The notes beneath the pieces were generated by a model. That model did no database searches and had not been told where the DNA came from. It was given only the letters and a program-made list of their open reading frames with translations. Positions 57,859 through 64,000 of a stretch of DNA of 64,000 nt are shown here, in pieces (the first letter of the stretch is position 1; the number at the start of each line of letters is the position of its first letter). The DNA comes from an uncultured Acidobacteriota bacterium (GTDB taxonomy: Bacteria > Acidobacteriota > Thermoanaerobaculia > Gp7-AA8): assembly GCA_963822445.1 (NCBI GenBank), contig CAWGHO010000003.1, positions 320,001 to 384,000 on the forward strand, written 5' to 3'. Made by a program: the position numbers and the translations under genes.

Positions 57859-60577
57859 CTGGAAAGCGACTGATAAACCTTCCGCGTCGCCGGCTCGGGC
57901 TCGGTATCGAGCTCCTTCTTCAGCACGTCCGCCAGCCGTTTGTACACGCGCGCGGCGCCGGCCGCATCGCCCTGCTTCGCCAGGGCGGACATGAGATTGC
58001 GGCAGGCCTCTTCATCGAATTCATCGAGCGCAACCAGCCGCCGGAACGCATCGGCAGCGGTCGCGTGATCGCCTGCCGCGGTGCTGAGGCGGCCTAAAGA
58101 CGACAGCGCTCGTGCGTAGAGATCGCGGAGACGATCGCGCGTCTCGAGGTACCACTCGCCGTCGCTGCTCGCGTTCTCGAAGAAATCGCCGCGATAGAGC
58201 TCGATGGCCTTGGCCAGACTCGCGGCCTCTTTCGATTTCGCGTAACGCTCGAACGTGGTCACGTCGAAGTGGATCCCCGGCTTGAGCGAGTAAGCCTCGC
58301 CGTCGACGACGACCCAGTCCGCGTTGCCGAGGGTCTTGCGGAGACGATGCACGGTGACGTGGAAGTTGTTCCGCAGTTTCGCCGGATCGACTTCCGGCCA
58401 GAGCGCGGCGCCGATCTGTTCCTTCGTCGCGCCGGATGGATGGGACAGTAGATAGAGGAGGAGCTCGCGCGAGCGGCCCGCGTCGACGAGCTTGCCGTTC
58501 AGTTCGATCTCCAGCGGACCGAGGGCGCGAACGCGCAGTCCCGTGGCGACCGCGCCGGACGTGCCCGCGGCGGCAATGCGCTCCCGCGCGAGCGCCACCA
58601 TCGCCTCGTACGACAGACCCGCGCCCGAAGCGAGCGTCACGCGCAGCTTTTCATCGCCGAGGGCCTGGCGGATCCGCTCGTCCTTTTCGCGATCGAACTC
58701 CTCATTGCGCCCGGGCCGCGCTCCGAGTTGCAACCATGCCGCGGAGGCGGCGGCGAGCAGGCGCGTTCCCGTCTCGGCATCACCGCCATCGAGCAACAGA
58801 ATGCCGATCCCTTCGATGACCAGCGTCAGACCCCAGCGATCATCGATGCGCGCGTGAACGTCCAGCGCCTCGCGAAAGCAGCGGATGGCCTCCTCGCGCT
58901 TTCCTTCGATCAGCGAGAGATGCCCGAGGACGGTGAGCGAGTGGCCCATCGCCGGAAGGTTGTCGATCTCGCGGCCGAGCTGGTTCCCTTCTTCGAACGC
59001 CGCGCGGGCAGCGGCGAAGTCTCCGCGCAACTGCGCGCCGATTCCCATCCAGTAAAGCGCCAGGCCGAGACCGACGTCGCGGCCGTGCCTGCGCGCGGTG
59101 GCCACCGCTTCTTCGAACACCTCTCGCGCATCGCGTTCGCCGGTGAAAGCTTTGGCCGTGGCGAGAAGCGTCAACGCCCGCGACAGTGCGCGCGTGTCGC
59201 CGCTGTCGCGCAGCGCGTCCACGGCCTCGTCGGCCGACGGCCGGATCGCATTCCAGTCCGCCTGCCAGATCGCCGCGTCGCCGCTGGCGAGGAGGGCTCG
59301 GGCCCGCACGATGCGGATCGATGTTCGCGTTTGCCGCGCGCGCGAGTCCGGCGTCGATTCGCCTTCGGGCCTCGTGAAAATGGCCGCGCGCGAACCAGTA
59401 CCAGTGCAGCGCGTGAAGCATCCGCAGCTCGAGCTCCGCACGCCGACGCTTCTTCCTCGGTCCAATCGAACACAGCGCGGATGTTCCCGATCTCGCGATC
59501 GATCATGGCCATCGTCGGCGGATCGACGGCGCCCGCGAAAAGGCGCGGCTCGGCGCTCTCACGAGACTGGAGAAGTACTGCGCGTGCCGTTCGCGGAACT
59601 GCGCAGTCTCGCGCGCCTGCTCCAGTTTCTCCGCGGCGAACTGGCGGACGGTCTCGAGCAGGCGGTAACGCTCGTCGACAACCATCACCAGCGACTTGTC
59701 GACGAGCGCGGCCAGCGACGCGAGGACGTCGGTCCGCTCGTCTTCGCACACCGCTTCTGCCGCGGCGAGCGAGAAACTCCCCGAGAAAACAGCCAGGCGC
59801 CTCAGCAGAATCTGCTCATCCTCGGAGAGCAGGCGAAAACTCCAGTCGATCGTTTCGCGAATCGTGCGATGCCGCGGCAATGTGCGCGAGCCGGTGGAGA
59901 GCAGGCGGAAGGCGTCGATGAGACGCGCCGCGATCTGCTCGACGGACAGCACTTTCACGCGCGCCGCCGCAAGCTCGATGGCCAGCGGAATCCCGTCGAG
60001 GCGAACGCAGATCGCGCGACACGGCCGGCGTGTTCGCGTCGGTCAGCGCGAACGAAGGCGAGACAGCGCGGGCACGCTCGGCGAAGAGCTGCATCGCATC
60101 GGGCTCGGCCAGCGGCGGCACGAGCCAGGTCTGCTCGCCGGGGATGCCGAGGGCTTCGCGCGTTGTGGCCAGCATCGAGACACTCTCGCAACGGCGGAGG
60201 ATCGACTCGGCCAGCGCCGCACACGCATCGACGAGATGCTCACAGTTGTCGAGCACCAGCAGCGCGTGCCGCGGCTTGAGCGCCTCGATGATCACGTCGA
60301 CGTCGCGCACGTCGGCCACTTCGCGCAGACCCAGCGCCTCGAGGAGTTGCTCCGGAATGAGCTCCGGATCGGCGATCGGTGCGAGGTCGACCCAGACCAC
60401 TTCGTCGAAGCGATCGACCGCTCTTCGCGCCAGCTCCAGCGCAAGCCGCGTTTTGCCGCTGCCGCCCGCGCCGGTCAGCGTGAGCAGACGGGTCTTGTCC
60501 AGCAGACGCTCGGTCTCCGTGAGCTCGCGCTCACGGCCGAGGAGAGTCGTCAGCGGGACGGGGACCGACGAGGGCAT
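57855..60577 (-). CDS. STAND ATPase-TPR-wHTH-BTAD transcriptional regulator (apparent frameshifts)
   Basis: LLGRERE...LTLTGAGGSGKTRLA...LLVLDNCEHL; HRTIRETIDWS; TPRs; LRVRALGPL...ALWP...RLRKTL...LYRGDF. Frames shift near 60010, 59550 and 59310-59440. Confidence 0.8.
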
Positions 60578-60588
60578 GGGTAAGGATA

Positions 60589-60684
60589 AGTCGTAGTCGT
60601 TAGTGGTTAGTCGTTAGTCGTTAGTAGAACGAAAACCGCGGGCGCCGGTATCTACTAACGACTGACCACTAACGACTAACGACT
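60589..60684. repeat. inverted array of heptamer repeats (AGTCGTT)n
   Basis: AGTCGTTAGTGGTTAGTCGTTAGTCGTTAGTAGA facing TCTACTAACGACTGACCACTAACGACTAACGACT, between divergent genes. Confidence 0.8.
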
Positions 60685-60705
60685 CGAAAACCTATACTGC
60701 CGCGG

Positions 60706-62043
60706 ATGGCCGGACGTGCGGCGGTGATGCTGGTGGTGGGGCTTTGGGCGGCTGCCGCATGGGCCGACGACGTGTCCCGCGCGGAGCAGCTGGCCTGGGA
60801 CAAGAAGTTCGCCGAGTCCGAGGCTCTTTATCGCGAGGTCATCGCCAAAACGCCTTCGCGTCGCGCGAACCTCGGACTGGCCCGGGTGATCCTGTGGCGC
60901 GGCCGCTATCCCGAAGCGATCGAGCGGTTCAACGCGCTCCTGCGAACGAATGCGAAGGACGTCGATGCGCTGGAAGGCCGGGCGACGGCGGAGTACTGGA
61001 GCGGCGATCATCGCGCGGCGGCGCGCGATTTCCGTCGCGTGCTGCAGCTCGATCCAAAACGGGAGACTGCACGGACGTCGCTCGCGGAAATCGCCGCCAC
61101 GATGCGTCCGTCGCAACGGATCGTCGTTGGCGGCGTGCGAGACGATCAGCCGCTCGATGTGAATCGCGGCGAGATCGCGGCCACGTTCTTCTACGATCCA
61201 CTGACGCGATGGACGGTGGCCGTCGGGGCGATGCATCTCGATGCCGAGCGTCGTGGAACGAGAACCGCCGACTTCGTGCGCCTCGAAGGGGACACGCAGT
61301 GGCGGGGGATGGGATTCGCCGGCTCGCTGGGCCTCTTCGATGGCGATTTCATCGGACACGCGAGCGCCCGCCGTGGCAGTTTCACGCTGCGCGTCGAAAG
61401 GCAGGCGGAGCTCGCGAGCGCGACCGCGATTCGCGCGGATGTTTTCTCGACCACGACCACCTTGCGCTGGAGCCGCGAGCGCGATCGGTTGATCGCCGCC
61501 GCGGAACTGAGCGACCGGCGCTACTCCGACGACAACAACGGTCAGGCGCTCATCGCCTACGCCGTCGCGCCGGTGCTGAAGCGGGGCGAGTGGACGCTGT
61601 GGGCTGGCGCGTCTGCGGCGGTGCGGGACACGGCCGAGACGCGGTTTAAGCCCACCGCGGTTTCGTCGTCACTCGAAAACGGCTTCTTCCGCTATTCGTA
61701 TCGCGGCGAGTACGACGCTTACTGGACTCCCGAGGAGCTGATCGAAGGACGGGCTGTGTTCGCGCTGGAGCGGAAGCTTTCCCGCGGCCGGATCAAGATT
61801 CACGCGGACGGCGGCTACGCGCAGGATCGCGGCCACGCGTTCGGGCCCGAGATCGGCAGTGGTCCGCTTCCGCCGGAGATCTTCACGTTCGCGTTCGATC
61901 GCAATTACAACCCGTACCGCTTCGGATTGTCCGCCGGCCTGACCATCGCCCCGACGCTGGGCCTCGACATCGGAGTCGAGCGCAGCGTGACCGTAGACTA
62001 TCGATCGACTTCCTTTCATGCAGCCGTGGCACGACGACGCTGA
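60706..62043 (+). CDS. TPR plus beta-barrel-like outer-membrane protein (possible polysaccharide export)
   Basis: Signal peptide, N-terminal TPRs, alternating beta-strand C-terminal region; TATACT 7 nt upstream. Confidence 0.65.
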   Translation: MAGRAAVMLVVGLWAAAAWADDVSRAEQLAWDKKFAESEALYREVIAKTPSRRANLGLARVILWRGRYPEAIERFNALLRTNAKDVDALEGRATAEYWSGDHRAAARDFRRVLQLDPKRETARTSLAEIAATMRPSQRIVVGGVRDDQPLDVNRGEIAATFFYDPLTRWTVAVGAMHLDAERRGTRTADFVRLEGDTQWRGMGFAGSLGLFDGDFIGHASARRGSFTLRVERQAELASATAIRADVFSTTTTLRWSRERDRLIAAAELSDRRYSDDNNGQALIAYAVAPVLKRGEWTLWAGASAAVRDTAETRFKPTAVSSSLENGFFRYSYRGEYDAYWTPEELIEGRAVFALERKLSRGRIKIHADGGYAQDRGHAFGPEIGSGPLPPEIFTFAFDRNYNPYRFGLSAGLTIAPTLGLDIGVERSVTVDYRSTSFHAAVARRR

Positions 62044-63580
62044 GCTCTTCCGCCATCGCCGCGCAGACACCGTCCGAACCTGGCAGCGGTGGGTCCTCGG
62101 CATTCTCCTTTTCCTCGGCGTGCAGAGCGTCTTCTACTTCGGCATCTGGTGGTTCCAGGCGTTGCACGTCAACAACGTCTTTCTGTTCGTGCTGTTGTCG
62201 TTCGCGACCTGGTACGGCGTCTTCCGGATCATGGTCGGCTGGTACAACGTCTTTCACATCGAGCAGCCGGATCCCGTCGATGCGCCGCCGGGGATGCGGG
62301 TGGCCATTTTCACGACCTCCTCGCCGGGCGAGCCGTACGAGATGTTCGTGCGCACGCTCGAGGCCGCGCGAAAGATTACGTATCCGCACACGACCTATCT
62401 GCTCGACGACACGCGCGATCCTCGCTTCAAAGCTTTAGCGGAAGAGATGGGGGCGGTGCATCTCGAACTGATCGGCATCCCCGGCGCGAAGGCGGGAAAA
62501 ATCAACGCCGCGCTCGCACTAACGGATGAGGAGTTCATTCTCGTTCTCGATCCGGACCACATCCCGTTCCCGAATTTTCTCGATCGCGTTCTGGGATATT
62601 TCGCCAGCGAGGAAGTCGGCTTCGTGCAGGTCTCCCAGGCTTATGGCAATGCGCGCGAGTCCTTCGTGGCGCGCGCGGCGGCGGAACAGACGTACGCGTT
62701 TTACGGCCCGATCATGCAGGGGATGCATGGAACGGGAACGAGCGTGGCCATCGGCGCGAACTGCACGTTCCGGCGAAAAGCGCTGGAGTCGATCGGCGGA
62801 CATGGGATCGGACTCGCCGAAGATCTGGTCACTTCGATCCGCCTGCACGCGAAAGGGTGGAAATCGATCTACGTGCCGGAAGTGCTTTCCCGCGGTCTGG
62901 TTCCGTCGGATCTCGATTCCTATCTGAAGCAGCAACTGAAATGGTCGCGCGGCGTGTACGACGTGCTGTTCCGCGAGTATCCGCGCGCGTTCCGCTCGCT
63001 GACGGCCTACCAGAAAATCTCGTACTTCATGATCGGCAGCTACTATCTGGTCGGCGTGACCGCGCTGATCTTTCTGGCCGTGCCGCTGATTTATCTCTGG
63101 ACCGGGCGGCAACCGGCGTTTTTCCTCCTGAGCGAGTACATCCAGCATGCTCTGCCGGTGGGCCTCTTCGGCATCCTGATCTACCAGTTCGCGCAGCGCT
63201 GGATGTGCGATCCGCCGCGGGAGCGCGGCGTGCACTGGAGAGGGATGCTGCTGAAGATCGGCGCCTGGACGGTTTATCTGAAGGGGCTCGTGCTCGCGCT
63301 GGCGGGGATCGCGGTACCGTACATTCCGACGGCGAAAGAGCGGAAGCGGGGGCGTTTCCTGACGCTGGCCCGGGTGCCGCTGGCGGTGCTGATCGTGTCG
63401 CTGTTGACCGTCTTGCGGACGATCTATCTGCAGTTGTATGTCGTGCCTGAATCGGAAGTTCTGATCACCACGGAGGTGACCCTGGGTATGGTGACGTTTG
63501 CGATGATCAACGCGGTACTGATGAGCGGGAGGCTGTACGCAGCCCTTGATGATCTGCGTCAGGATCGGGATCGCGCATGA
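62018..63580 (+). CDS. processive GT2 glycosyltransferase (cellulose-synthase-like)
   Basis: YLLDD, AKAGKIN, LDPDH, AEDL, QQLKW motifs with flanking TM helices. Confidence 0.9.
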   Translation: MQPWHDDAELFRHRRADTVRTWQRWVLGILLFLGVQSVFYFGIWWFQALHVNNVFLFVLLSFATWYGVFRIMVGWYNVFHIEQPDPVDAPPGMRVAIFTTSSPGEPYEMFVRTLEAARKITYPHTTYLLDDTRDPRFKALAEEMGAVHLELIGIPGAKAGKINAALALTDEEFILVLDPDHIPFPNFLDRVLGYFASEEVGFVQVSQAYGNARESFVARAAAEQTYAFYGPIMQGMHGTGTSVAIGANCTFRRKALESIGGHGIGLAEDLVTSIRLHAKGWKSIYVPEVLSRGLVPSDLDSYLKQQLKWSRGVYDVLFREYPRAFRSLTAYQKISYFMIGSYYLVGVTALIFLAVPLIYLWTGRQPAFFLLSEYIQHALPVGLFGILIYQFAQRWMCDPPRERGVHWRGMLLKIGAWTVYLKGLVLALAGIAVPYIPTAKERKRGRFLTLARVPLAVLIVSLLTVLRTIYLQLYVVPESEVLITTEVTLGMVTFAMINAVLMSGRLYAALDDLRQDRDRA

Positions 63581-64000
63581 AAGAACCGAGGAGCCGGTAC
63601 AAGGTCGCCTTCTTCGCGCTGGGATGGCTCATCGCGGCGGGGATCGTCTTCCAGATCGCCATCGGCACGGGCTTCGGCAAGTTCTTCACGCTCGTCGACG
63701 AGCAGGTCAGCCGCATCGCCCAATATTTTTCGGACGCGCAGGGACGCGCGGTGCGCACTGCGCGGCAGACGTCGCGCAGTGAATATCTCGCGCCGCTGAA
63801 GCCGACTCTGAGCTCCGTCACCGCGCTTCGCAATCCGCAGAAAGTGTTGTTCGGCATCTACGACGGCGGCTTCCCGAACACGTTCGCGGGGATGGAGCAG
63901 CTGGAGGCCGCGACCAATTACAAGTTCCCGATCATTTCGTTTTACAGCGCGTGGGGCGACAAACCTACGCAGCAGTTTCCTGTGCGCATGGTTCAGACGG
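63577..64000 (+). CDS. membrane-anchored glycoside hydrolase, GH26-like (runs off the window)
   Basis: ATGA overlap; MKEPRSRYKVAFFALGWL...LFGIYDGG...LEAATNYKFPIISFYSAWGD..QQFP; open to the window end. Catalytic residues are not visible. Confidence 0.6.
   Translation, partial: MKEPRSRYKVAFFALGWLIAAGIVFQIAIGTGFGKFFTLVDEQVSRIAQYFSDAQGRAVRTARQTSRSEYLAPLKPTLSSVTALRNPQKVLFGIYDGGFPNTFAGMEQLEAATNYKFPIISFYSAWGDKPTQQFPVRMVQT

Noticed and set aside
51487-60684. CRISPR arrays at the short repeat clusters
   Set aside because: Units are 7-9 bp with no unique spacers, and there are no cas genes.

Overview
High-GC bacterial chromosomal window; the protein repertoire suggests Acidobacteriota/Thermoanaerobaculia, which is inference. 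Left to right: (1) 1-9372 is the distal end of an extracellular contractile injection system (eCIS) locus: fibre-like proteins, tape measure, AAA+ ATPase, and a DUF4157 polymorphic toxin with an immunity gene. (2) A decayed GT2-TPR-GT2 glycosyltransferase gene is interrupted by a complete 4.2-kb IS1-family passenger transposon (10064-14229, terminal inverted repeats, 8-bp target duplication TTTTGATC) carrying HTH, HicB-like, HigA-ImmA/IrrE and unknown genes. (3) Two tandem, integrase-free islands sit at the 3' end of tRNA-Glu(CTC) (31338-31413), with att copies at 28960 and 15098. The larger island (about 13.9 kb) holds two convergent paralogous operons of multi-GAF histidine kinases whose only output proteins are REC-REC-TIR (two copies) and REC-AlbA_2/Schlafen. 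This is the best candidate for an undescribed phosphorelay-gated immune or conflict system. (4) 31.4-64 kb holds housekeeping and accessory genes: Ser/Thr kinase, S8 protease, DEAD-box helicase, threonine aldolase with an embedded palindromic repeat, a c-di-GMP two-component operon, a BrnT/BrnA cassette with an attC-like site, a STAND-BTAD regulator and the start of a polysaccharide operon. Several single-base frameshifts in conserved genes point to assembly indel errors. All calls come from reading motifs by eye; no database searches were run.
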